DNA of 64,000 bases from Candidatus Hydrogenedentota bacterium (lineage in GTDB: Bacteria > Hydrogenedentota > Hydrogenedentia > Hydrogenedentales > SLHB01): positions 1 to 64,000 of the forward strand of contig BTWA01000007.1 in assembly GCA_045863295.1 (NCBI GenBank), read 5' to 3'. Both the position numbers and the translations under genes were made by a program. Every line of letters starts with the position of its first letter. The stretch's first letter is position 1. Below are positions 8,730 to 18,880 of this stretch, piece after piece. The notes under the pieces were generated by a model. That model was not told where the DNA came from. It saw only the letters and a list, made by a program, of their open reading frames with translations, and made no database searches.

Positions 8730-8882
8730 GCATTCCACAAGGGGTTGTGTGTTGATTCGGAAATGGTTTTATCCGTTGGGGCAAGCTGGTACAATCTTCC
8801 TGAGGGTCGGGTCGCGCGCACGAATGGCGGAAGTGCCCTGCGGCCCATGGGTGTCCTTTCCGGGGCAAGGGTAGGCGAACGC

Positions 8883-9731
8883 ATGAGCGTGGTTGTCTTT
8901 GGGGCCGGCGGTCAATTGGGCCGCGATCTCCTCCGTGTATTTTCCCGGACAGAGGACGTGTTTCCCTATGACCATCACGACGTGGATATCACCAATCGCG
9001 ATGCCGTGATGAAATGTATGCAGTCCGTTAATCCGGCTTGGGTCATTAATGCCGCCGCCTATACCGACGTGGAAAAGTCGGAAGACGATCGAGACGCCGC
9101 GTTTCGAGTCAATGAAACCGGTGCTCGTGTCGTGGCGCAATGCGCGCATGTTCAGAATGTGCCGGTCGTTTACTTCAGCACGGATTTTGTTTTCGATGGA
9201 ACGGCATACACTCCGTACGAACCCGAAGATGCCATTGAACCCCGAGGCGCGTATGCACAGTCAAAAGCCGCGGGCGAAGCCGCCGTGAGGTCGGTATCGC
9301 CCCGTCATTACATCGTGCGCACCGCGTGGTTGTACGGACCGGGAGGAAACAACTTTGTAGAGAAGATACTGAATGCCGCCTCCGTACGGCCTTCGTTGCG
9401 CGTGGTTACAGACGAAATAGGCTCTCCGACGCATACGCTCGACTTGGCGCGTGCAACCGCCGCGCTCGTATGCACCGGACAGTACGGTACGTACCATGCC
9501 GTAAACGAAGGGAGTTGTTCCCGGTTCGCATTTGCGGAGTCAATCGTGCGCGAGGCCGGGCTCGCCACTCAAATTGAACCGTGTTTGGCGTCGGACTATC
9601 CGTCCAAAGCGCCGCGTCCATCGTATTCAGTGATGTCGAATGCCAAGTTGAAGGCTGCGTGCGGAATAGAGATGCCGCAATGGCAGACCGCTCTGGCTGA
9701 GTATATGAAGAGAAGGGAGATCCAGGAATGA
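8883..9731 (+). CDS. rfbD: dTDP-4-dehydrorhamnose reductase
   Basis: GAGGQLG, INAAAYTDVE, STDFVFDG, YAQSK, IVRTAWLYG, APRPSYS; ATG at 8883. Confidence 0.95.
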   Translation: MSVVVFGAGGQLGRDLLRVFSRTEDVFPYDHHDVDITNRDAVMKCMQSVNPAWVINAAAYTDVEKSEDDRDAAFRVNETGARVVAQCAHVQNVPVVYFSTDFVFDGTAYTPYEPEDAIEPRGAYAQSKAAGEAAVRSVSPRHYIVRTAWLYGPGGNNFVEKILNAASVRPSLRVVTDEIGSPTHTLDLARATAALVCTGQYGTYHAVNEGSCSRFAFAESIVREAGLATQIEPCLASDYPSKAPRPSYSVMSNAKLKAACGIEMPQWQTALAEYMKRREIQE

Positions 9732-10726
9732 AGCGCGTCGTGGTGACAGGTGGGGCAGGTTTTATCGGGTCCAACTTTGTCCGTTACATGTTGGCCACGT
9801 ATCCGGAAGTGCACATTGTCAATGTGGACAAGCTTACGTATGCGGGCAATCTCGAAAACTTGAAGGGAATCGACGAGTCGCGCCACACCTTTGTGAAGGC
9901 GGATATCGCCGATCCGGAAGCCATGGATCGGGCGATGGAAGGCGCCGACGCTATCGCGAGCTTCGCGGCCGACAGCCACGTCGACCGAAGCATCATGGAG
10001 GCCGCCGACTTCATCGCGACCAACGTCAAAGGGGTCCACAACATTCTTGAATCCGCCAAGAAACACGGGACCAAGCGGATACTGCTGGTCTCCACCGACG
10101 AAGTGTACGGCAGCATCGCGCAAGGCTCTTTCAAGGAAACCGATCCCGTCAATCCTCGAAATCCCTATTCCGCCAGCAAGGCCGGCGGTGAATTGCTTGG
10201 CATGTCGTATTTCCACACGTTTGGATTGCCGGTAATCATTACCCGAGGTTCCAACACATACGGGCCGTATCAATACCCGGAGAAAGTATTACCTCTGTTT
10301 GTAACCAATGCCATCGACGGGGAGCCGCTTCCACTCTACGGCGACGGCAAAAATGTCCGGGACTGGCTATACGTCGAAGACCACTGCCGCGGCGTCGATC
10401 ACGCTCTGCGCCATGGCACACCCGGAAATGTCTACAACGTCGCCGGCGAAAACGAACGGGAAAACGTCACGCTTACCCATCGAATCCTCGAACTCACGGG
10501 CCGGGGACACGATCTGATCAAACCTGTTGCGGACAGACCGGGTCACGACCGCCGGTATTCGATTGATTCGACCAAGTTAAAGGCGCTCGGTTGGGAACCC
10601 AAAATGCCGTGGGACGACGGCGTCGCAAAGACCGTCGAGTGGTATCAACAGAACGAATGGTGGTGGAGGCCCATCAAATCCGGTGCGTTCCGCGATTACT
10701 ACCAGCGGCAATACGGAAACAGGTGA
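9728..10726 (+). CDS. rfbB: dTDP-glucose 4,6-dehydratase
   Basis: TGGAGFIGSNF, DKLTYAGNLENL, SHVDRSI, STDEVYGS, YSASK, DRPGHDRRY. Confidence 0.97.
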   Translation: MKRVVVTGGAGFIGSNFVRYMLATYPEVHIVNVDKLTYAGNLENLKGIDESRHTFVKADIADPEAMDRAMEGADAIASFAADSHVDRSIMEAADFIATNVKGVHNILESAKKHGTKRILLVSTDEVYGSIAQGSFKETDPVNPRNPYSASKAGGELLGMSYFHTFGLPVIITRGSNTYGPYQYPEKVLPLFVTNAIDGEPLPLYGDGKNVRDWLYVEDHCRGVDHALRHGTPGNVYNVAGENERENVTLTHRILELTGRGHDLIKPVADRPGHDRRYSIDSTKLKALGWEPKMPWDDGVAKTVEWYQQNEWWWRPIKSGAFRDYYQRQYGNR

Positions 10727-11146
10727 AACAGTGGCTTGCCGCGGGTTGAAACCAGGATGCTTGGCCAAAGGTCCAAGAAGCGGGCCTGAGGTAAATACCT
10801 TCAGGGAATTGGGTGTGGTTTGGATCGTGAATCAGAAGGGCAATCTACTGCGCCAGAGTATCGAACAGGCGGCCTGCCCAGACACTACTCAAGGCCGGGT
10901 TTCCCAAAGTAACCCTCGCGTATCGGGTTTTGACATGCCTGCCATGGTTTTGTCATACTCCCCCGACTTTATGCCTGACTGCGGTTTTGCTGGCCAAACT
11001 GGCCAGTGCAACCGGGGGGATGGCATTCTGAGACGGACGCGAATCCACGCAATTCCACGAGTTCTTATGGGATCGGGTTCGCGCCTTCTTTGGGGTGTGA
11101 ACCGCCCTGTCATATGCAGTCAATCGCATTCAAGAGAGGATCAAGC

Positions 11147-12328
11147 ATGAAGGGCAAGACCGTGCTATTGACCGGGGCCACTGGCATTATGGGCAGTTGG
11201 GTCCTCGGCGAAGCCTTGGCGAAGGGCGTGCGTCCGGTAGTCATCATGAGGGACGAAAACCCGCAACGCGCACAAGACCGAATCGACGCCGTGCTGCGCC
11301 TGATCGGCAAAGAGCAATACCGCGATCGTGTGCGCGTCGTCAAAGGTGATGCTTCGCGGCCAAATTTCGGGCTTGCGTCTGCGCTAGTCGATGAGTTTCG
11401 ATCCACCTTGGACGCGGTCCTGCACTGCGCGGCGTCAACAAGCTTCAATCCCAGCGACGATTCCGACATTTGGGCGACCAACGTCGAAGGTGTGTCCCAT
11501 GTATTGAACTTCGTGCGCGGCACCGACATCACCCTGTACCACGTTAGTACCGCCTATATCGCCGGAACCTATCCCGGACTGTCCCACGAAGACGTTCTTG
11601 ATCGGCAACAGGAGTTCAACAATACCTACGAACGCAGCAAGTTCGAATCCGAAGGCATGGTTCGGCGCGGCCTCAAGAACGGCGATTTCCAAGGGGCCAT
11701 TTTCCGTCCGGCCATCATCGTCGGGGCCACTGATACGGGCAAGATCTCCGATTTCATGAACTTCTACGGGTTCTTGCGTATGGCCGATTTGGCCTCAACC
11801 CGCAAGGGTACCGGCAATACGATAGTGCGGGTAGAGGCAAGCCCCGATGTGCGGGTGAATCTCGTTCCCGTGGATTGGACCGCCAAGGCGCTTTGGCACA
11901 TTATCGAGGCTGAAGGCGCCAGCGGCCACGCCTACCATCTCACAAATCCCAACGCGCACCCGGTCGGCGAATTGAAAGACTGGGTGAATACCTTGATTCA
12001 CGATCAAGGCCTGCGATTCGAGTTGGTGGACCGTTTGGATGACGCCACCACAACGTTGGAAAACATTGCGCACAACGCGTTCAGGCACTACCGGTGCTAC
12101 CTGAAACAGCAACCGGATTTCGACCGGACCAATACCGATCGCGCCCTAAATGGAACGCTTCCGTTTCCGGAAATTGGCCCTGACACCTACAGCGTACTCC
12201 TGGATTACGCGCGCTCACAGCGTTGGAAAGGCATCTTCGCCAATTCCAAAGTCTCGGCAAACGGACACACCGGCAGTGGTCGCCGCATCTCGACCGACTA
12301 CACCCCGGCCGCTGCTGTGGCAAATTAA
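11147..12328 (+). CDS. Extended SDR, fatty acyl-CoA reductase/thioester-reductase-like (NAD_binding_4)
   Basis: LLTGATGIMG, HCAAS, HVSTAY, YERSK, RPAIIVG, NLVPVD; GAGGA before ATG 11147. Confidence 0.8.
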   Translation: MKGKTVLLTGATGIMGSWVLGEALAKGVRPVVIMRDENPQRAQDRIDAVLRLIGKEQYRDRVRVVKGDASRPNFGLASALVDEFRSTLDAVLHCAASTSFNPSDDSDIWATNVEGVSHVLNFVRGTDITLYHVSTAYIAGTYPGLSHEDVLDRQQEFNNTYERSKFESEGMVRRGLKNGDFQGAIFRPAIIVGATDTGKISDFMNFYGFLRMADLASTRKGTGNTIVRVEASPDVRVNLVPVDWTAKALWHIIEAEGASGHAYHLTNPNAHPVGELKDWVNTLIHDQGLRFELVDRLDDATTTLENIAHNAFRHYRCYLKQQPDFDRTNTDRALNGTLPFPEIGPDTYSVLLDYARSQRWKGIFANSKVSANGHTGSGRRISTDYTPAAAVAN

Positions 12329-12357
12329 ACGCGTCAAAGTACAAGTCGGAATTCCTG

Positions 12358-12384
12358 AATGCTCCGGTCAAACCGGGGCATTTT
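12358..12384. terminator. Terminator between convergent genes
   Basis: AATGCTCCGGT-caa-ACCGGGGCATT-TT. Confidence 0.6.
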
Positions 12385-12388
12385 CTAT

Positions 12389-14029
12389 TCATGCGCGTGT
12401 GACCCGTATTCCTTCCGGAGCGGTAACTTCGCTCATGACGCTTCCATCCGCATGTCGCGTGTGCGATACCGTGATAAGTCCATGCGGGGTAGGCAGCGCC
12501 CCCTTGGCCCATTGCAGATCGCCCAGATTCGGCTTGACGAGCACGCTCTCAAATCCCGGCGCCAGCGGCTTGATACCTAATACATGTTCCGACATCCACG
12601 CTGTCGGCCCTGCCGCCCAGCCATGGCACAGGCTGTGGCGCAAGCCAACGTAACAATAGTCGCCGAAGTCAGCGTGGATATCCTTCTTGCCGTCCGGGGT
12701 GATGGCATCGATTGTCCCGCAGTTCCGGGTCCAATCAAGGTTGAAGTCTTCCCAGAATGTGGTCGCGCCGAGTTTTAGCATTGTGCCCCAATAATGGCGA
12801 ATCACATCCAGACAGCCCTGATAGTCGCCTGCTTCCGCCCGGGCCTGAAGAACGTAATAGCCGTAGAACGTCGAGATGCCCGAATACTGACCCGCCGCGA
12901 GGATATCGGCGTTAATTTCCTTTGTGTCGGCGACCCCGGCCAGCGCCATGAGCGCGCTGGCTTGTTTGCTTGCCGTTCGAGCAGGAGTATGCAATTGAAG
13001 CGAATTGGCCGCGGCGAGGCACTCGTTTTGCCCTTGCGGTTCTTCCAGTGCATAACACAGATCGGCCGCCGCACGAAACGCAATGATGAGCAAGGAGTGA
13101 AGACCCGCATGAATAGCGGCCGGATCTTCGCTGCTGGGCCAGTCGAGAAATCGATGGCCCTCCAGCTTCTCGCTGTGATCCGGCCCAATGCAGGCATGCA
13201 GTTGCTTGAGTAACCCCATCAGATATTCGCGCTGTTGCGCGAGATAGTCTTTGTCCGCATGATAGAAATACCAGCACTGCTGAATAATAATCCACCAAAG
13301 CGAATAGGAACTGATTCCATTCATCCAACCTGGAAGTGGCGTCTTGTCCCGCACCCAATCCAGGCTGTCAGGCACGACATCTACATGGCCAAACACCGTG
13401 TTGATGACCATTGTCTCCGGATGCATGTCGCCTATCCAGACGAGTCGGTCGCGCTTGATGCCGTCCCAAACATGCTCCTGCATGCAGAGGTGCACCGTAT
13501 AGGCGCCGGTATTCCAAATCGTATTCAGTAACGGATCACTGCACTCAAAGCGGCCCAAATAGGGCAAGTCGCGATACAAAAAGACGGCTTCGACCTTTAC
13601 AAGATCGAGCCGGCTCCCAGGTTCAACCAAATCTATACGTACAAATCGAAATCCCGTATTGCCGATCTCTGTGCTGCCGTACCATGGTATCTCGCAAAGG
13701 ATGTTGTGTATGGCGTGATCGTTGTTCGGCGTGCCCATGGCCTCGCTGACAGATTCGCCAAAACGCACGCGGACCTTTACCGGGGCCTGCACAGGCGTGA
13801 TGAAGTTGGTGATTTTGATGCCGCCATGCAGTTCGCGGCCAAAATCCAGCAGCATACCCGGTGCCTCGGCGCTCTTAAACTCCATTACGCAAGTGCCAAT
13901 ATTCGGATCCGGGCTCAGCAGGCGTTCCGTATTGTGCGGCCCGGATTCGTCGTTCGTCGACCACACAATTCGCGTGGGGAGGAGGTAGTCCCGAACACGG
14001 GGATCGCGGCGTCCGTTGTGTTGCAACAT
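12389..14029 (-). CDS. Alpha-L-rhamnosidase-like glycoside hydrolase (GH78-like)
   Basis: LLDFGRELHGG, GFRFVRI, WDGIKRDRLVWIGD, GATTFWE, SLCHGWA. Confidence 0.85.
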   Translation of the reverse strand: MLQHNGRRDPRVRDYLLPTRIVWSTNDESGPHNTERLLSPDPNIGTCVMEFKSAEAPGMLLDFGRELHGGIKITNFITPVQAPVKVRVRFGESVSEAMGTPNNDHAIHNILCEIPWYGSTEIGNTGFRFVRIDLVEPGSRLDLVKVEAVFLYRDLPYLGRFECSDPLLNTIWNTGAYTVHLCMQEHVWDGIKRDRLVWIGDMHPETMVINTVFGHVDVVPDSLDWVRDKTPLPGWMNGISSYSLWWIIIQQCWYFYHADKDYLAQQREYLMGLLKQLHACIGPDHSEKLEGHRFLDWPSSEDPAAIHAGLHSLLIIAFRAAADLCYALEEPQGQNECLAAANSLQLHTPARTASKQASALMALAGVADTKEINADILAAGQYSGISTFYGYYVLQARAEAGDYQGCLDVIRHYWGTMLKLGATTFWEDFNLDWTRNCGTIDAITPDGKKDIHADFGDYCYVGLRHSLCHGWAAGPTAWMSEHVLGIKPLAPGFESVLVKPNLGDLQWAKGALPTPHGLITVSHTRHADGSVMSEVTAPEGIRVTRA

Positions 14030-14034
14030 GGCGG

Positions 14035-14976
14035 TTACTTCTCCTTATGCGAGGCAACCCAAATCTTCGCTTGGCCCGGATGGTCCGTGAAGATACCATC
14101 CACGCCGAACGTGGCGAAAAACTGGCGTAGCTCGTCCTCAAAACTGCCCATGGTTTGCGGTACCTGGTCGGCACGAAGTGTGTAGGGATGAACCTTCAAA
14201 TTCGCCGCGTGCGCCCATTTCACGACCTCCGGATTTTTTACAATACGGCCCTTGTCCGGTCCAATGCCCTGCGCATACGCGGCTATCGCTTTCAATCCGT
14301 CCTGCGTCACCATGCCATCCTGAATCACTCCGCCCGAAATCAGTTGTATCATCTGCGCCTTGCATCCCATTTCGCCGCGAAGCCGTTTTAAGGCATCAGG
14401 TTCAAAGCACTGAACGAAAATCGGAGCGTCCAGCCGATCCAAATTGTGGGCCCGGATAATCTCCAGGAACGCCGCCTCCATGGGCAAACCCTGTTCCGCA
14501 TGCCAACTAGGCTCTTTCAGTTCGGGATACACACCCGCGTTCCTCCCCGCCGAAGTGTTCAGCGCCTCAACCGTTTTCAACATCTCTTCAAACGTAGGCA
14601 CTTCAAAATACAGCGCATCTTGAGGAAAGCGGTTTGCCAAACGCTCATGTACGCGAAGTGTCTTAATTTCAGCGAGCGTGAAATCCGCTGCATACCAGCG
14701 ACCGTCATCTCGCTTGCGATCGGGAAATACCTCCTCCACGTTCGTCGTAGCCTCAAGATGTATGTCGTGCAAACAGATGAACGTGCCATCCTTCGTCAGG
14801 ACAAGGTCCGGTTCGATGTAGTCTGCCCCCTGGGCATGCGCAACGGCATACGCGGCCAACGTATGTTCGGGCAAGTGTCCGCTCGCGCCACGGTGCGCGA
14901 TAATTATCGGGTCGGCGGAGGCTGCGATCCCCGCCAGAAGACCCGGAATACAGCATACAAGTACGGTCCGAATCAT
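14035..14976 (-). CDS. glpQ: Glycerophosphodiester phosphodiesterase
   Basis: IIAHRGASGHLPEHT, YIEPDLVLTKDG, HD, VHPYTLR, DGIFTD; signal peptide. Confidence 0.9.
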   Translation of the reverse strand: MIRTVLVCCIPGLLAGIAASADPIIIAHRGASGHLPEHTLAAYAVAHAQGADYIEPDLVLTKDGTFICLHDIHLEATTNVEEVFPDRKRDDGRWYAADFTLAEIKTLRVHERLANRFPQDALYFEVPTFEEMLKTVEALNTSAGRNAGVYPELKEPSWHAEQGLPMEAAFLEIIRAHNLDRLDAPIFVQCFEPDALKRLRGEMGCKAQMIQLISGGVIQDGMVTQDGLKAIAAYAQGIGPDKGRIVKNPEVVKWAHAANLKVHPYTLRADQVPQTMGSFEDELRQFFATFGVDGIFTDHPGQAKIWVASHKEK

Positions 14977-15168
14977 GAGTTGCGGCTCCAAGTGTTGACG
15001 CGAATTCAAAGTCGCTACTCTACACCATTAGGAAGAAGCCGCCAAAGTAACGAAGAGGTCAGCCGCGAATTCCACTTGCGTTTTGCGGCCCAACGTGATT
15101 TGATGGATTAAGTTTGCGCCGGCGGGATATGGGGGCATAGCCCGGCCAGGCGCCCGGGGGGTCCGGCC

Positions 15169-15963
15169 ATGCGCCCAGTTGCTCTGCTCCTTTGCGCCCT
15201 GCCCTTGTTGTCTGTGGCCTCATCCGATACGCCAGTCCGTGTACTCATCCTGTCCGGCCAGAACAATCATGACTGGAAAACCACGACGCCGTTCATGGAA
15301 CAAATGTTTGATGAAAGTGAACGATTCGCCGCCGACGTCATGGAAGATCCGTCGAAACTGACCGCGGAGTTTCTGGCCCCTTATGATGTGATCGTGAGCA
15401 ACTGGAGCGCATATCCCGCAATGACCGGCCGGCAATGGGGGCCTGTAGCCGAGCAAGCACTCATCGAGTTTGTACGGAATGGAAAGGGTTTCGTGCTGGT
15501 CCATGCCGCAACGGCATGCTTCTCCGATTGGCCCGAATTCCAGGAAATGGCGGGATGTACCTGGGGAGACGCGTCAGGACACGGCAAAGTGCATGCGTTT
15601 GCAGTGAACATCAAGGACGCGGAACATCCGATCGCAGTAGGGATGTCTGCGTTCATAACGCAACCCGACGAACTCTATCATCGGCTTACACCCCAGCCGT
15701 CGATGCACGTAGTGTGCGAAGCCTATTCCGATCCCGAAATGAAAGGCACGGGTCAGTATGAGCCGGTGGCCGTGGTCACAAATTATGGCAAAGGACGCTG
15801 TTTCTACAACATACTGGGTCACAACGTGGCGGCAATGGACGGCCCCGGCTGGCGCACATTGATGCTGCGGGGCACGGAATGGGCTGCCACCGATAATGTG
15901 ACAATTCCGATTCCGCAGCCCTGGCCGTCCGCGAAAGTAAATAATCCTCCAGCGACTGAATAG
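15169..15963 (+). CDS. ThuA-domain exported protein
   Basis: LILSGQNNHDW, GKGFVLVHAA, DELY, YGKGRCFYNILGH. Confidence 0.85.
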   Translation: MRPVALLLCALPLLSVASSDTPVRVLILSGQNNHDWKTTTPFMEQMFDESERFAADVMEDPSKLTAEFLAPYDVIVSNWSAYPAMTGRQWGPVAEQALIEFVRNGKGFVLVHAATACFSDWPEFQEMAGCTWGDASGHGKVHAFAVNIKDAEHPIAVGMSAFITQPDELYHRLTPQPSMHVVCEAYSDPEMKGTGQYEPVAVVTNYGKGRCFYNILGHNVAAMDGPGWRTLMLRGTEWAATDNVTIPIPQPWPSAKVNNPPATE

Positions 15964-16014
15964 TAGGCACGAACGCTGTCTCCCCCAGGACGGCCTTAAT
16001 CGGGAGACTTCGCC

Positions 16015-17319
16015 ATGAGAACCCATACTTTCCTTACCCGCCGTTGCTTCCTGGGGTCGGCAGCCGCTGGTGCGGCCCTGCTTGCGTTGCCCGCGCACGC
16101 GAAACCGAAGCCATCGGATCAAATCGGCGTGGGATTCATCGGCGTGGGGGATAGGGGAAGTTACATTCTGGGAAGCGCGCTTGAACTGCCCGAGGCACGG
16201 GTATTGGCCGTGGCTGATGTGAAGCGTGACCGACGTGAAAAGGCCGTGCAGACAATCAACGAACGCTACTCCAATTCCGACTGCAAAGCCTACAACGAAT
16301 TTGAAGAACTAATCGCGCGAGACGATATCGACGCGATTGTCGTTGCATCGTGCGATCACTGGCACGTGCTTCATGCTTTGGCTGCCGTGCGCGCGGGTAA
16401 AGACGTTTACGTGGAAAAGCCGCTCGGAGTCAGCATTGAACAAATCAAGGCGTTACGGAAAGCCGTGCGGCGCCGCAAACGCATCTTCCAATTCGGCACG
16501 CAACAGCGCTCCGACGAACGATTCCGGCTCGCCTGTGAACTCGTGCGCAACGGCCGCATAGGACAGTTGAAGTCAATCAAAGTTTGGTCTCCTTCAAGCG
16601 CCTCGGGCGGTCCCACAAACCATGTGCCCGTGCCGGAGACCCTTGACTACAATCGCTGGATTGGCCCCGCGCCTTTTACCCCCTACACCCAGGATCGCGA
16701 GACAAATCAATGGTGGTGGTTTATTTCGGATTATGCCCTCGGGTTCATCGCAGGCTGGGGAATTCATCCGATGGATATCGCGTTATGGGGGGCCGGCGAT
16801 TTGGCGGCATCGCCTGTCGTGGTTCAAGGTACCGGCGAGTTTCCCCGGGAGGGAGTGTGCAATACCGCCACGAAATGGGATATCACACATACATACGACA
16901 ACGGATTGACCATCCAGTTCGCTTCCATGCCGGCAAAAGAGGAATGGAAACTGCGATACGGTGAGGTGGCGGAACACGGAACCGCATTCGAGGGCTCCGA
17001 AGGTTGGATTATTGTGGACAGGCGTCACATCAAGACGTATCCCGAGTCGGTGGCAACCGCTCCCTTCAATGCGAATGACTATCGTCTGCCGGGCAGCAAT
17101 CACCATCTCCGCAATTTCCTGAATTCGGTGAAGTCGCGCCAAGACCCCGTGAGCCCAATTGAAGAGTCCGTACAAAGCGACATTGCCTGCCACGTCGCGG
17201 ACATCGCGATCCGCTTACAACGCCCGGTCCGTTGGGACAACGCAAAAGAGCGGTTTATCGATGATGCCGAAGCCAATGCGCGACTGACTCGCCCCATGCG
17301 CGAACCTTGGACCTTATAG
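16015..17319 (+). CDS. Tat-exported Gfo/Idh/MocA oxidoreductase
   Basis: TRRCFL Tat motif, GVGDRG, DHWH, GKDVYVEKP, GTQQRS. Confidence 0.9.
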   Translation: MRTHTFLTRRCFLGSAAAGAALLALPAHAKPKPSDQIGVGFIGVGDRGSYILGSALELPEARVLAVADVKRDRREKAVQTINERYSNSDCKAYNEFEELIARDDIDAIVVASCDHWHVLHALAAVRAGKDVYVEKPLGVSIEQIKALRKAVRRRKRIFQFGTQQRSDERFRLACELVRNGRIGQLKSIKVWSPSSASGGPTNHVPVPETLDYNRWIGPAPFTPYTQDRETNQWWWFISDYALGFIAGWGIHPMDIALWGAGDLAASPVVVQGTGEFPREGVCNTATKWDITHTYDNGLTIQFASMPAKEEWKLRYGEVAEHGTAFEGSEGWIIVDRRHIKTYPESVATAPFNANDYRLPGSNHHLRNFLNSVKSRQDPVSPIEESVQSDIACHVADIAIRLQRPVRWDNAKERFIDDAEANARLTRPMREPWTL

Positions 17320-17437
17320 GCCCAAGACGCGAAATCGGCCAGTCCCTGCTTTTGCATCCAACCCCGGCTGCATGCTACACTTCCATGATTTTTTGAAGCA
17401 TTTTATGCGCTTTTTTGCGCTCGAATAGGGGGTTGCC

Positions 17438-18193
17438 GTGAGAACGCCGCTGGTTGCTGGAAATTGGAAAATGAATCTGTTGGTCAAGGACGCCGTGGAC
17501 TTGGCGACGGCACTGAAAGGGTTGACCGCCGGGGTGTCCGGTGTGGAAGTCGTGGTATGCCCGACGTTTGTGTGCCTTAACGCCGTGGCGCAGGCCCTGA
17601 AGGGATCGAATGTCGCGCTCGGCGGCCAAAACTGCTATCTTAAGGAAAAGGGCGCCTTCACGGGCGAGATCTCGCCCCAAATGTTGAAGGACGTCGGCTG
17701 CACCTGGACCATTATCGGACATAGCGAACGGCGCCAGTATTTTGGCGAAACGGACCAAACGCTCAATGAAAAATTGAAGTTTGCTTTGGCCGCCGGGCTC
17801 AAGGTGATGTTCTGCATTGGCGAGACCTTGGAAGAACGTGAAGGCGGCAAGATGAACGCCGTGCTCACGCGCCAGGTAACCGAAGGGTTGAAGGGGCTGA
17901 GCGAAGCCGATTTCGCCTCTGTATCGGTGGCCTACGAGCCCGTCTGGGCAATCGGCACCGGTGTGACGGCATCGCCGGAGCAAGCGGAAGAAGCCCACGC
18001 GTTTGTGCGTGAGCTGGTGCGCAAGCAATTTGGTGGAACTGTGGCCGATGGGCTGCGGATTCAATACGGCGGCAGTGTAAAGGCCGATAATGCGGCTGAA
18101 CTAATGGCTAAGCCAAACGTTGACGGCGCCTTGGTGGGCGGTGCGGCGTTGCAGGCCGAGGGCTTTGCAGCCATTGTGAAGGCGGCGGTTTAA
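17438..18193 (+). CDS. tpiA: Triosephosphate isomerase
   Basis: AGNWKMN, IIGHSERR, AYEPVWAIGTG, QYGGSVK. Confidence 0.98.
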   Translation: MRTPLVAGNWKMNLLVKDAVDLATALKGLTAGVSGVEVVVCPTFVCLNAVAQALKGSNVALGGQNCYLKEKGAFTGEISPQMLKDVGCTWTIIGHSERRQYFGETDQTLNEKLKFALAAGLKVMFCIGETLEEREGGKMNAVLTRQVTEGLKGLSEADFASVSVAYEPVWAIGTGVTASPEQAEEAHAFVRELVRKQFGGTVADGLRIQYGGSVKADNAAELMAKPNVDGALVGGAALQAEGFAAIVKAAV

Positions 18194-18209
18194 GAAGGGC
18201 ACTATTTCG

Positions 18210-18746
18210 ATGAGCGCGATTTTGAGTTGGAATACATTGTGGTGGCTCATGCTCGTGATCTATGTTCCGGCATGTGTCTTTCTTATCATCATCGTGATGA
18301 TGCAAAAGGGCAAAGGCGGCGGATTCGCCGGCGCATTTGGCGTTGGACCAGGATCGGAAGCGGTGTTCGGCCCGCGCATGATGCGCAGCCTGCCCATTCG
18401 CTTGACCTTTATCTTGGCGTCCGTTTTCATGTTTCTCGCATTGACCATGTCGGTCGTGCAGGGCCGAGCCATTCGCGGTGCCGCACCGGACAAAGTGACG
18501 GACTCGGCCGTACTGTCCGGCACTGGTACCGTACCTGCGGACGATCCGCTCAGTGGATTGACAGGATTGGGAGGCGGCGCGCCCGCGGAAGCCCCGGATG
18601 GCGCCCCGGCAGAGGCCCCTGCGGAAACAAGTGCACCCGCCGATGCGTCAACAAGTACTGCTCCCGCGACGGATGCCGCCGCTCCCGCCGCCCCGGAAAC
18701 GCCTGCGGCCGAATCCGTGCCACAGCCGGCGGAAGGCGCCAACTAA
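18210..18746 (+). CDS. secG: Preprotein translocase subunit SecG with long Ala/Pro tail
   Basis: Two TM helices flanking QKGKGGGFAGAFG; classic position after tpiA. Confidence 0.88.
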   Translation: MSAILSWNTLWWLMLVIYVPACVFLIIIVMMQKGKGGGFAGAFGVGPGSEAVFGPRMMRSLPIRLTFILASVFMFLALTMSVVQGRAIRGAAPDKVTDSAVLSGTGTVPADDPLSGLTGLGGGAPAEAPDGAPAEAPAETSAPADASTSTAPATDAAAPAAPETPAAESVPQPAEGAN

Positions 18747-18767
18747 ACTTCATGAACGGGCAAACGG

Positions 18768-18808
18768 ACGGCCCCGAGCACAAGGCTGCTTTGGGCCGTT
18801 TTTCTTTT
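18768..18808 (+). terminator. Intrinsic terminator after secG
   Basis: ACGGCCC-GAGCA...TGCTT-GGGCCGT then TTTTCTTTT. Confidence 0.7.
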
Positions 18809-18880
18809 ACACGAAACTCTTGTCCGAGTGAAAGAGATTACACAAGCAAGATCTGTACAACGCGACCAAGGGGATAGAAC

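Noticed and set aside
18747..18880. tRNA-Leu often found after secG
   Set aside because: No cloverleaf or TTCGA T-loop, only a terminator; no tRNA or rRNA was recognised anywhere in the window
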